Shown here: positions 26,549 to 39,005 of the stretch, piece by piece | Numbering within the stretch: position 1 is the first letter of the stretch | Layout: every line of letters begins with the position of its first letter | Assembly (NCBI RefSeq): GCF_021028975.2 | Contig: NC_059434.1 | Coordinates: 42,904,001 to 42,968,000 of the forward strand | Origin: Sphaerodactylus townsendi | Lineage: Eukaryota | Direction: 5' to 3' | Length of the DNA stretch: 64,000 bases | Translations under genes and position numbers: made by a program | Notes under the pieces: model-generated | Databases searched by the model: none | Seen by the model: only the letters and a program-made list of their open reading frames with translations | Told to the model about the DNA's origin: nothing

Positions 26549-26740
26549 CAGTGGTGGGATCCAAAAATTTTAATAACAGGTTCCAATGGTGGTGGGATTC
26601 AAACAGTGGCACCGCCGCACACATGTACCTCCAGTCCCTATTGGGCAGGGAGGTTGCTTTAGTAACCCCTTCTCGGCACTCAGAAAAAATTAGTAACCAC
26701 TTCTAGAGAAATGGTGAGAACTGGTTGGATCCCACCTCTG
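26549..26740. mobile_element. Non-autonomous hAT MITE (192 bp)
   Basis: TIR cagtggtgggatcc / ggatcccacctctg; 8-bp flanks attctgac / attctaac. Confidence 0.85.
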
Positions 26741-29418
26741 ATTCTAACTATCTTCAAGCCTCTCAATACATGATCATTTAACTAGAATTCTCCTTGTTGT
26801 TTTGACCAAATGAAATCTCAGAATAGCTAAGCCATATTCTTTACACAGGTTAGACTTGGATGTTTATGTCATTACCTAATCGTTGATGAGCAGTTGTGAG
26901 AACAAACATAGTAGCAGAATGAGGCTACTGTACCACAGAGTGACACTATAGTAGGTGTGAAAGAGAATTTACTTACTTTTATATCCTGTATTACTTCAGA
27001 ACTTTGGAGTGATTATCAACAGTTTTCATAAAAGGATTTCAGAATCTTAAAATTTTTACAATTCAAGTAAGGCAAGAAATCTCTCTCCTTTTTTCTCACT
27101 TTCCTCCCATGTTGTATCCCAGTTCTTACATATCATTCTGAACCCTCAGGATTAAAAAAAAAAAAAGCACATGGGAGGAAAGCCCAAATAAAAATAACAC
27201 CACACTGAACAAGCTACTGCCACTCAAAGCAGAATGAATCTGTACAACCTGGGAAACAGCTGGCCTGCCAGCGATTCAGCCTGGCCTCTTTCATCTCCTA
27301 CTCACAAACTTCATCTTACAGAAAGGAACAACATGTCTGAGTCACTGATGTTTTGTTCCAAATGTCCTACTCCCACCCATTCACTGCTGCTTCAGCACAA
27401 GCTATAATTAAGGGGTTGATGAACGACATTTATTCTTCACTTAATTTTGTTTAATGCCTTGTACGAAACAATGGCACTTGTACCCTGCCTTCTCTCCATA
27501 GTTAGTTCACTGTGGATTTTATTCCTCAGACTTGCTCACCACAATACAGTCACACTGATCTTCACCCAATATGACTTGGCTTAATAGTAGAACTACTTCT
27601 AACCCTTATGGGGTAGTGTTGCAGGTGTGAAGGAAGTTATATCTAAGATTTGGCCTAAAGACACCAGAGCCAGAATTCTTGACAAAGGATGGTTAATGTT
27701 TTTTTTAATAGCTGTGGAAATTAGCTGTTGAAGCTAATGAGAGACGATGGTTAATTGACAGTACTCAATAATAAGTTTTGTAATACCTTAGAGACTCAAA
27801 AATGTATTGTGCCATACAGTTTTCTGGACTTTTAATTAGTAACATCACATACAAAAAAGTAGTAAACAGATAGATGCCTGTGAGGTGTCTGGTCCATGAC
27901 ACCTTATGCCACAAGAAATCTGTTAGTCCCTAAGGCTCCACAACAGACAAACATGACTAGCACTTCGGAATTTGATAGAACTGGATCAAATGACTCCTTT
28001 TTGCTAAATGAGGATCCTTGCTCTAGCAAAGATAGACCCTTCACTGGATTATTTTGCTTAAGGATCCATATGAGCTTGTATGTTGCTTCTTCCACTGAGG
28101 ATGGAGTGCTAGTAAATCCATGAAGATGCAGAACATTTGTTAGTTTGAAGAGACAGAGAGAAAGGCCAACAGTAATAGCTGTCAGTGAAGTTTTTGGGGG
28201 TCCAGCACCTCTCTTTGGAAACCTTAACATGATATAGCAAACCAGCTGCCTTTGTAGGAATTCCTCAGCACTTGCACTTATGATTCCCTTACATATTTAA
28301 CAAGTATTATGAAGACACCTATTATGAAGACACCATGTGTTTCTATGGCTCTCTGTCCACAGAAAACTAATCTCAGGAAGTGCTACCTCTGAAATCTCTC
28401 ATGGTGTATGGATTGTGTATGATCTTACATCTTACAATGTAAGATCAATGGGCCATCTAGTATAGCATCCTGTTTCCCAAGTGACCAGCCAGATGTTAAA
28501 GTCACATATTGGGACCAGGTACAGAGTAGGGGGCTGTTTGTACAAACCTGGTTTAACCTCCAGGTTTGCACAAAAATCCACCTGCAAATTGTATTTTTAC
28601 ATTATGGTGGCTGCCATTTTGCGGGAGGGCTCTTTTGTCATTGTTCATGAGAGGTATAAAATGGGTGAAACAGCCTCTCTTTCTTACTCCTAATTATATC
28701 CTGCAGCTACCTGGAGAAAGTGCTGACTGCTGTCCTACTGAGGTTGGCTTCCCACTGCTGCAAGCACTCTCTCCCACCAACCTGCAAGTGATGACAGAGT
28801 TGCAAGACTGAATTGTAAGGTGTGGGAACTCCAGCCTTGTGAACTGGGCAGCTGTAGTGGCCATGCTGCAGGGGGCCAAGTTGACCACTGAATGCATATC
28901 CTGGAGAATGGTGGCATGGCAAGTGAGGGAAGAAACAATGGGATCTCACAAGGTCCCCACTTATCATAAATCTAATTTTGAATATGGTAAAAAATGTGAA
29001 TTAAAAAATCTATAAAATTCAATGTACAATATGGTGTGTTCTTCTACAGACCTGTACAAACAAGTTACCCCCCTATGGCTCCTGCTGCTGCTTAGTAGAG
29101 CAACAAGAGCAAAATGTTTTGGTGACTGTGAGTAATCATATGATCCAGTGACTGGCATCACTTCTGGGTACATGACCAGAAGGTGGCATAGCACAACACT
29201 ACTTTCATGAGTCTCCACCTCCCCCCACCATGAAGCTCCCAGGGGCTTCCATTCAAGAATGAAAACCGTAAACCCTAAAAGAATTCCCAGGTTTGCAGAA
29301 AATGTTTTTAAAAGTCAATTTCTTTTTATTTTCCCCCAAATGAAGAATGTAATTTCCTCCCAATGAAGATCTCATGAAAGCTGGCTAAAACATGGTTGGC
29401 TCTATAGGGTTGCCTAGC

Positions 29419-30319
29419 AACATAAGAACATAAGAACTAGCCTGCTGGATCAGACCAGAGTCCATCTAGTCCAGCATTCTGCTACTCGCAGTGGCCCACC
29501 AGGTGCCTTTGGGAGCTCACATGCAGGATGTGAAAGCAATGGCCTTCTGTGCTGCTGCTCCTGAGCACCTGGTCTGCTAAGGCATTTGCAATCTGAGATC
29601 AAGGAGGATCAAGATTGGGAGCCATAGATTGACTTCTCCTCCATAAATCTGTCCAAGCCCTTTTTAAAGCTATCCAGGTTAGTGGCCATCACCACCTCCT
29701 GTGGCAGCATATTCCAAACACCAATCACACGTTGCGTGAAGAAGTGTTTCCTTTTATTAGTCCTAATTCTTCCCCCCAGCATTTTCAATGAATGTCTCCT
29801 GGTTCTAGTATTGTGAGAAAGAGAGAAAAATTTCTCTCTGTCAACATTTTCTACCCCATGCATAATTTTGTAGACTTCAATCATATCCCCCCTCAGACGT
29901 CTCCTCTCCAAACTAAAGAGTCCCAAACGCTGCAGCCTCTCCTCATAAGGAAGGTGCTCCAATCATTCAATCATCCTCGTTGCCCTTCTCTGCACTTTTT
30001 CTATCTCTTCGATATCCTTTTTGAGATGTGGCGACCAGAACTGAACACAGTACTCCAAGTGCGCTCGCACCACTGCTTTATATAAGGGCATGACAATCCT
30101 TGCAGTTTTATTATCAACTGCTTTCCTAATTATCCCCAGCATAGAGTGTGCCTTTTTCACAACTGCCATGCATTGACTTGACATTCCATGGAACTATCAA
30201 CTAAGACGGCCAAATCCCTTTCCTGGTCTGTGACTGATAGCACTGACCCCTGTAGCGTGTATGTGAAGTTTGGATTTTTTGCCCCTATGTGCATCACTTT
30301 ACATTTTGCTACATTGAAC
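29419..30319 (-). mobile_element. 5'-truncated CR1 LINE (RT C-terminus, 3' UTR, octamer tail)
   Basis: ORFs 29963-30184 (HLEYCVQFWSPHLKKDI) and 29609-29962 (LPYEERLQRLGLFSLERRRLRGD); (TTCTTATG)n tail at 29419-29436. Confidence 0.95.
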
Positions 30320-30922
30320 AGAGCAGTAGAGCCTGGGTCTAGGAGACTCCTGCCTTGGAACTAAGCAGCAGCTGTGAATAGAAAGAGATAATATGGTCCT
30401 GAGCGAGAAAGGGGCAAAAAAAACCCACACAACTAGGGAGAAAAGACTGTTAAGAGAAAGGGACTGAAAAAATAGAGGGTGAGGAAACTGCAGTTAAAAG
30501 AGAAGGGGCAGTGTGGAGATGGGCATTTTCCTTACCCACAAGTTGTATGTGTCCATATTTTGTGGAGGGGGGCAACCTGGCCAGGTTGCCACGCCACAGG
30601 AAAGGCCGGATCTGGGGATCTGGCTGCCACCTGGGGCCCCTTCCCACATGACAAAACAGCGTGCACCCAGGGGACATGGGATACCCCATGTCCCCATTAG
30701 CAGTATGTCACTGCAATGAATACACACACACACAAACACACATTTTTCTTTTTCTCTCATTCTGTGAGGAAGGCTTAAAAGTGGATGGCACAAAATAAAA
30801 AATATATATACATGCAGAAAAGCATGTAAAATCTGATTAATAAAACATAATAACAAAGAGCTTCATATTAGCCTAATCTCTATACCATACATACTTTACA
30901 TTCTGCACCTATATGTCTAGCA

Positions 30923-31159
30923 TAAGGTTACCAGGTTCCCCTGGCCACCAGCTGGGGATGGGGAGGTGGGGTTGCTATATCCAGGTTAGGAAGCTTCTGG
31001 AGATTAGGGGGTGGAGCCTCAGGAAGCAGGTACCTTCTTGAGGTACAATGCCATAGAACCCACTCATCAAAGTATTCATTTTCTCCACAGGAATTGATCT
31101 CTGTAGGATGAACTGTAATACTGAGGGTGCCCCAGGTCTCACAGAAGCTGGCATCCCTA
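30923..31159. mobile_element. Old TAGGGTTGCCA-type non-autonomous DNA element
   Basis: Ends taaggttaccag / ctggcatcccta; flanks gtctagca / gtctagtc. Confidence 0.6.
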
Positions 31160-32249
31160 GTCTAGTCTATCATGCCCAACTGTTTTGCAATCTGGCATGC
31201 ATTCAGTATAAGTTCAAGAGATAGATACTGGCCTTAACCCTGACGAGTCTGAAATTTCATATTAGTTTCACCGTATGAATGAGTACCACCTTGAGAAACA
31301 ATATCAGATGTATAAACAGATGGCAAAGCGAACTAATTCCATAGCATAATCTTGTGCGCAAACATCAAAAAGCTGTGGGTTTAAATATAGATAATCAGTG
31401 TTGTAAGTAAAACACACATGGAGTATTTTATTTATTTCTAAGCACATGACAGCAAAAGCTCTTTCTCCAAAACAAGCAGCCTATTGATATAAGATTAACT
31501 TACCCATAGGGTTGTTGTTGGGAGGATGGCAGAGGAGGACTATGTGATGATTGGGGAGAAAAATTGTGATTTTTTTAAAAAAAGCATTACCATTATGGGT
31601 CCTGCTGACACTTCAGAGTCAGATATTCTTTATATATTTCTTACCAAAAGAACATTATTCTGAAAATCCAGTTGCAGCAGGCCAACTATCTCATCAATTA
31701 ACTGTATTTTCTTGCCAATTGGCAGGTGATATACTGCTAGGTTACAAAAGTCTACAGACACAAAACCCTACACACGTGCTCTCATGGTTCCAGAAGCACA
31801 ACTGATTGTTCCAGGAGAAAGTGTCAAGCTCACTTGGAACACATGGGAGATTCGAGCTATATCAATCTGTTAAAGCATTCTTTACGAAATGTGCCATTTT
31901 CCATGTTACTAATATTAGTTGAATGGGAGAAATTGCCATTCTGGCATGCGGTGGTAAAAAACTGAAGCTTTTGGCATTAATGTGGAGTTCTTTTTGCAAA
32001 GTGTGAAAACACTTGAGGGATATCATTTTTTTTTAACTAACAGTCCCATCCAAAAGGTCAGGTGCCGAAATATGGTGAGGTTAAAGAACACACAAAAATG
32101 CCTCCCCACTCCTGGAAAGCCTCCACTGGGCTTAAATAGACCTATGACATTGAAAATATGATGCAAGTCACAAGCCCCCGGCGGCTGGCAATAGCCAGGC
32201 GGGATCCAACTAGTGTTAGCTCTTCCCAGAGGCATATCTTGGAAAAACG

Positions 32250-32660
32250 TATCCTGGGGCAAAATCTGAGTTTTCCGCCCCCCCTCCCCATGGGCGGCCG
32301 CCTCCACCACCATGACCAAACAATGTTTTTTGCACCAGGTCTTGAAGTCAGAGTCTGTGACTAAATGGCCACAGCCCAGGGACATTTGACCCTATCTGTC
32401 CCCCTGGATGGTATGCCCCTGGCTCCTCCCCCAGACACATTCCCGGACTGCCCATGCTACACTGGTGGCAGTGGGGGAGGCACAGAGACACTGGCGCAGT
32501 ACACAGTGCCACATCCTATTGTGGAGGGCCATAGGTCGCCCACGGCAGATTCACCTATCTGCCAGGACAAGTGCCCTGGGGAGAAATCTGCTGGTGTGGC
32601 TCCACATTGCATCCAACGGCAGATTCAGGAAGCACTTTGGATGGCGCCATAAGAATTCTA
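32250..32660 (+). mobile_element. Possible degraded LINE 3' end (CPC...ETL zinc-knuckle remnant, RTE-X-like)
   Basis: DCPC...GSGGGTETLA peptide in ORF 32365-32652; GC-rich island in an AT-rich context. Confidence 0.3.
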
Positions 32661-33337
32661 GTTAAGGAAAGTGAGTAGGCTAGCTAGGCCTGGTATGTAA
32701 CTTAGCTGCAGCAGATTGCTATGTGAATATGTTGTAAACCAGCCTGAGAGTATGTTTTTATGAGACATGAACTGTGTAAAACATCCCACGGCTCCTGGTT
32801 AAGTGCTAGTATTAACCTTAGCTCGTGTGTGCTTGTATTCTTCCCCTGAAAATAAATTTTGTTGTTCACTTTCAAAAGGCAACCATATCACATCAGGCAG
32901 CTTCACCATAGTTGTGAATCCATTCTTGGGTGGATAATGTTCAAGTCCAGATCCTACCCTCTTGAAACTGGTTACTTCTATTTTTAATTTGCCACTGAGA
33001 AAGGCAGGAAATTTATGGAGATGAGAGAGACTTGCTTACTTAACTTATATGCTTTAATGGCCAATTGGCCACAAGAAGCATGAAATGACCCTTTATTACC
33101 TTCTTTTATGTTTAATTACTGCTGACATAATTTTTTCAATTAACAATGTAATCTTTTCATCATTATCCAACAGTAACATCTGAATTACTCTCTGCAAAGA
33201 AACATATGATTCATACAATATAAACGTCCCTAAAAAAATCTTCTTCAAATCCTTCAAAAAGCAACAGAATGAAGGAATACGTTGCAAAGTCTCAATTTGG
33301 CGAAAATAAAAAGATACCTGCTACACAAAGGCTATTG

Positions 33338-33491
33338 NNNNNNNNNNNNNNNNNNNNNNNNNNNNNNNNNNNNNNNNNNNNNNNNNNNNNNNNNNNNNNN
33401 NNNNNNNNNNNNNNNNNNNNNNNNNNNNNNNNNNNNNNNNNNNNNNNNNNNNNNNNNNNNNNNNNNNNNNNNNNNNNNNNNNNNNNNNNNN
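33338..33491. other. Assembly gap (154 N)
   Basis: Run of N. Confidence 0.99.
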
Positions 33492-33926
33492 GCAAAACAT
33501 ATAGAACAACAAGCCACATATAAGAATGAACCAAAGTATGGCAATGCACAAAACAGCACAACATAAAACATTAAGGAACATTGTAAGAACTATTTCCTGA
33601 AGCAAAGTCAAGGGAAAAAATATGCAAGCCAAGGCCCATGAATCAATTAGAGTCCAAAATAGACCTTTGCATATATTAGGAGAAAGGGTTCTTCTGGTGT
33701 CTTTTGTCCATTTCACTCCAAGCTTGTTCACTTTGTAGTGAGGTGAGCTGCCTGCTTTCCAAAACCCTCTCAGGCCCACCACCCCCAACAGTCATTCATG
33801 CTTGTTGTTCCCTCCCCTCCACCCCAAGCCTAATCTTTCCACCATCCCCCCACCCCAAGACATTCCTTTCCACCTTCACCCACCCCAAGCTTCACCTTTC
33901 AACCCACCCCCACCCCAATTCACTTT

Positions 33927-34242
33927 GAATCATATAATCATAGAGTTGGAAGAGACCCCAAGGGCCATCAAGTCCAACCCCCTGCAATGCAGGAACACAC
34001 AATCAAAGTACTCCTGACAGATGGCCATCCAGCCTCTCTTTAAAACTTTCCAAAAAAGGAGACTCCACCACACTCCAAGGTAGTGTGTTCCACGGTTGAA
34101 CAGCCCTTACTGTCAGGAAGTTTTTCCTGATGTTTAGGTGGAATCTCTTTTCCTTCACCTTGAACCCATTACTCCTGGTCCTAGTCTCTGGAACAGCAGA
34201 AAACAAGCTTGCTCCCTCACCAACATGACATCCCTTCAAATA
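33927..34242 (-). mobile_element. CR1 LINE 3' end
   Basis: ORF 34003-34254 (TRSNGFKVKEKRFHLNIRKNFLTVRAV..WNTLP); atcatagagttggaag 3' terminal motif. Confidence 0.93.
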
Positions 34243-35345
34243 TATATATGACATATATAGTGTCCTCCAGGTAACCTTGGGAGCGTGAAATACGAGGCCA
34301 ATGGGCCTGATATATCCTCATGATTGACTCTGCAAAATCACTATTGCTATTTAAGGAATGATCTGCATAAGCAACCCTAATTAACCATTCTCTTACAACA
34401 GATGGAGGGCATGCAAAACACTTCAGAAAAGCTGCATCCCCATGGCACTATTCCAAGGACTCACTTGGCCCTACCTTATTGTGATCACATGCTGTGATTG
34501 CTATGGAAACTGGAAGTTGAGAAACAAGTCCAAATTTCCATGTTGAATGCCTAGCAGAAAGAAGCATGTTCAGGCAAGATAGAAACCCTTTTTGTTTTGT
34601 TACAGAGGGCAAGAACCTTTTAATCTTTCAGTCCTTTTAGCCATTTTAGGTTAAGAGACTAATCCTGATAGTTTCCTCTTCCAATACAGAGGAAACCAGC
34701 TGATCTCAAAACAATTGAAAATTGGAACTAAAAAACATTATTGACATATTGCACTAAGATGACACTTACACAGCCACTTTTACTTCAAGATGTTGAGAAC
34801 CTGACTGCAAATATGATTGTTACATGTTCTTACCTTGATCATACTTCTCATTTAGCCATGTCATTTTAGCAAACTGCTAAAGTGTTAGTGTTTGATATCT
34901 CAGTGTTAGTGTTTGATATCTAACCTAGTCTCAATGTTAAGAAGCTTTGTGTAACTGCAGTAGCCTCTTGTGTTACAGGGTTACATTTCTCAGTAAGTTT
35001 AATTTCTTTCTGTACTGCAGTTTATTTATTTATTAAAGTATACCCATAGGACTCCAGAAAGGTGTCACTCAAGTTGTCATGATGGAAAAGCTACATCCTC
35101 TTTTATAGAACAAAGGAAGTTGACTTTCATGTATGGTTATTGACTTCATAAGGCATATATACATTAATGCAGTTTGATAAGCAAATTTCAGTCCTACTTG
35201 ATTGGAAGAAAGATTTCTAAGTATTTTCTTTTTTAATTTAATTTGACTAAATACAAAATAATATTTGAATAGAATATCATATTTCTATAGAGATAACTAA
35301 TCATAAATGCACACATCAACAATTAACGACAAAATATTTTCAGCA

Positions 35346-36075
35346 CTAGCAGTAAAGCCCATTATATGAACAAATACAATGAGCTCTAGAAAACTGTTGG
35401 TGAGTTGACAGCACCCACCAAGAGGACCAACACTTCCTGCCTTTTCTCCCTGCAATTTACCATAGATAACGAAAACCTAGACTAATTATTCAATGAAAAA
35501 AACCATTACTTACAGATTCCCCACACAGAGACAGGCTCCCCAAACTTTACAAATGGACTCTGCTTTGTCAGATTCCCACTCCTCACAAACAGACAGGCTC
35601 CCCTAACTTTGCAAATGGGCTCTCCTTTCTCAAATCCCCCCCCCTCACTCACACAGAAAAGCTTCCCTAACTTTGCAAAAGGGCTCTCCTTTCTCAGATT
35701 TCTCCCCCCACATACACACAGAGAGACAGGCTCCCCTAACTTTGCAAACGGGCTCTTGCAGCTCAGCTGCAGCTTGGCAGAGTTTGTCCCATGTTCCCAG
35801 GCAAAGAGTTCTTCAAAGTTCACCACAGAGACAGAATCCTGGTAAGAGAAACACACTATGGGGAAAGGAGGGGAGTATGATTTCCTCCTGCACTTTCCCC
35901 CTTTTCAAGGCTTACCATCACCACACCATTGAGAGTGTAGCTCCCTAAAGCAAGGGCTGCTGGGAAATGTAGTTGGCATCTGGCCCCTCCTGGATGACCA
36001 AGGACTCCACTTGCCAGCAGCCCTCACTTTTTCAGGTCTGTCATTGGGAACATGCTGCTCAATTATATAATAAGA
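35346..36075 (-). mobile_element. Non-autonomous Helitron-like element (730 bp) with internal minisatellite
   Basis: On the minus strand it begins A|TCTTATTATATAA and ends hairpin-ttactg-CTAG|T, with no TSD. About four copies of a ~60-bp unit at 35520-35760. Confidence 0.7.
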
Positions 36076-36435
36076 TAACAGTACAAAATAGCAACATGTC
36101 TCCCAACTTGTAATGTCTCTTAAGTGCTGAAGACCAGTTTCCCATATTTTCTTAACACATGGCTGTCCACAAGTACATGCCTAGATTTCCAGTAGTGAGT
36201 ATACTCCACTCTGCCAGCAGCCAGTAAATTTAACACTGGTACAAGCTTTGGGCCATTGTAACATAATTTAATAAGTCTTACCTTTGAAAGGCAGATTTAT
36301 TTTTAAAACACCTGCAATTATTTGAATGACTACTTTTCAATATGTTTGAGATTTTTAACATAACAACATCCCCACCACCACCACCACCCAGACACCACTA
36401 ATATGTTCCAGATAAATTACGGCTGATTTCACATA

Positions 36436-36482
36436 TGTATTGTCATACAGCCATACAGCCCAGAAACCACACAGCATCCAAA
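36436..36482. mobile_element. Internally deleted relic of the PLE palindrome family
   Basis: tattgtc left end plus gccatacagcccagaaaccacacagcatcca right end; flanking direct repeat tgatttcacata. Confidence 0.65.
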
Positions 36483-37679
36483 TGATTTCACATAATTTCC
36501 ATGGAGACAAGTAGGACTAGTTTATAGGCTTAAAACAATATCTCGAGTAGTTATCATTATGTATACGTTTATATCTTGGTATCGTTATTATATACAATGA
36601 TGGCCAATTGGACCTGCATTTGCTTTTTTTAATGCCATCAAAGGTTTTTTAAAAAATATCCTTAGAAACCCAAAAAGGAGGAGGAATGTTTAGAGAGTTC
36701 CAGTCCCAACTAGTGGCCAAAATATAATCAACAGCACAAGATGCAGGGTCCCAATCCTGTTACAGACTCTTTCTGCCTTAGAGACACAAGATCTACTAGT
36801 GAGAAGGAGTGGTGCCTGCCACTCATAAAAACTTGAGGCCACTGTTTCACTTATTGAAAGGAGCTGATCAAAACTACCGAAGTTATCAGTGGGAGTGTGA
36901 ATAAGCAAATGCACACCATAATCATCAAAACAATTAAGCAGGCCTGATGCGGCCCAAATAAAAATGGACCACAAAATGAACCTTGTGCAATCTGCAGAGT
37001 AATCTGCACAGCAAAAAAGGCTAGGGAAAAACATAAAAACAAATTACCCTGCAGAGGGATTAGAATGGCATTCCCCAATGATGGAGATCCCTGTCAAGAA
37101 AAGAGCAAAAAAAAGGATAGAACACAGAACATCCTTGGCGGGGGGGGGGGGCGGGGGGAGCGGCAAAGTCAAATAGCTGAAGCCTCCAGACCGAGCATCT
37201 GGAAGCTAGTTCCCGTTAGCTGAAGAAAACATACTGGTAATTATAAAATATTCCATGACTATGTGCAATGTTTGCACTAAAATAAAAGACAAAAGTAAGG
37301 TACATCTAGTGCCCTAGTGCAAGTTGTGGTATGACCAACTAACTTGCAGAAGACCAGGAACTTGCAGAAGACCAGAAACCACTGGCTGACACAAGCTGCC
37401 CACACTATAAGGAAGGAGGCTGTAATCTGAAATGGCACTAACTTCCAGAGGCTCAGAGTCAAAAGAAGTGCCATGAGAAAAACACAGTGTTTAGGTCACC
37501 CAAGTGATGCACATTAGCTCTGTCTCAGAAGAAAAAACAAATCTGGACATACCCAAAGGGCAAAATATACCCCCAAAAAACAAATTAAGTTATGGTGTCA
37601 TCTGTAGGTTTGTAAGAATGTCAGAAACTGCACCTGCGGAAGCAAAATAATTAGATGATCTTGGCCATGACCTGAAGTG

Positions 37680-37848
37680 GCTCAGGCTACCCAGATCAAT
37701 TCAGATCTCAGAAGCCAAGCAGAAGCCTGGTTAGAACTTGGATGGGAGACTACCAAGGCAATGGCAAACAACCTCTCATAGTATCTTGCCTTAAAAATTC
37801 TATGAATTGCCATAAGTTGGCTGTAACCTGATGGAACTTTACACACAC
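37680..37848 (+). mobile_element. 5S rRNA-derived SINE with RTE/Sauria-type tail
   Basis: 37690-37754 resembles the 5S internal control region (gatctcagaagccaagcag...gcctggttagaacttggatgggagac), followed by ggcaatggcaaac...gccataagt...acacac. Confidence 0.7.
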
Positions 37849-38864
37849 TAATGACCTGGACCTGAAGGTGAGCATTTTCAGGTTTCTCCTTAGCGCATAA
37901 GAATAATTCAAAATAGCACCCTTTTTCCATCCTGGGGCAGTACTGAACTGAATAATCTAATTAATGGGAAAAGAGGTGACCTCCTTTCAGAGGAGAAGTG
38001 GAAAGATCTTGGGTCTCACCCCACAAAGTAACATAGGTATGCAAAGAACTGAAAGAAGCCTATGCATGTTGGACAATATAGCAAACCACAGAATTTTACT
38101 GTCTCTTGCAGAGCATATCACCATAGAGGATTGATGAATAGATTTAACGAATTTTTGGCAAGTCCAATTAGCAGAGACTTTTTCAGTAAAAGCTGCCAAG
38201 GCTTTAGACACCTTGTACAGGGGGAAAAAACAAACTAACATATACACAACCCTGAGACACCATGTTATCTTAAGGATCTGACAGCAAGCCTGTTACTCCC
38301 CACAGAGTGTTGTCCAACTGGACTAAAGAATTCATAGCCTCTTTGTGGAGCTACTGTAACAACCCGTTTCTTTTCTTACTTTTATACACTAATTCCTAGC
38401 ATGGACTAGGATATGGTAAATAGACTAACCCAGATTAAAGGAACAGATTTATCATGTACACCACAGGAATAAGCTGTGAGACACATGCCAAGCTCACTTC
38501 AAAGGGAATAGTAAAAGGGCCATACTGACCTTTTGATTCATACCTTAAAGGGAAAGTGCAGCAGAGAAATTCTGCTTTCACTCAGGCTAACAGCTTACCG
38601 CACTCACACTCCACAGTGGCTGAATTAGAAATGATTTAACGTGCTGGCCATCAACAGCAATAGAGATGACCAGTGGAATCAAGCATATATTTCCTAAAGG
38701 ATCATAGTAGACGCTCTAATATCAGCCGATGATGAATGTTTGCGTGTCAAAGACTTTGTCTCATGGGACACCAGTTTTGAGTACAAGCATGAGATGTTCA
38801 TTAAAAAGATACAGTTTATGTTAATCAATAGGGACTCAAAGTGGCATCTAAAATGTTACACTTT

Positions 38865-39005
38865 TCCAGTCCATCTTCACTAGAACCCTATGAGGCAGCT
38901 CAGGTTAACAGAATGCAATAGGCACACGGTCACAAGCAAGTTTTCAGACAGAATGGCATTTGAACCTGGGTCTTCCTGATCCTAACCCAACACTTTAACC
39001 TGTAA
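38865..39005 (-). mobile_element. Old MIR/Squam3-like SINE fragment
   Basis: aaccctatgagg...ggtcac...atttgaacctgggtcttcctga pattern. Confidence 0.55.

Noticed and set aside
33269-33788. ORFs spanning X runs (also 45646-45948)
   Set aside because: Artefacts of N gaps.
33775-33920. C-rich ccaccccaag repeats as a functional G-quadruplex
   Set aside because: Low-complexity tract beside a CR1 tail with no gene context; no evidence of function.
37690-37754. 5S rRNA gene
   Set aside because: Partial, diverged and fused to a SINE tail.
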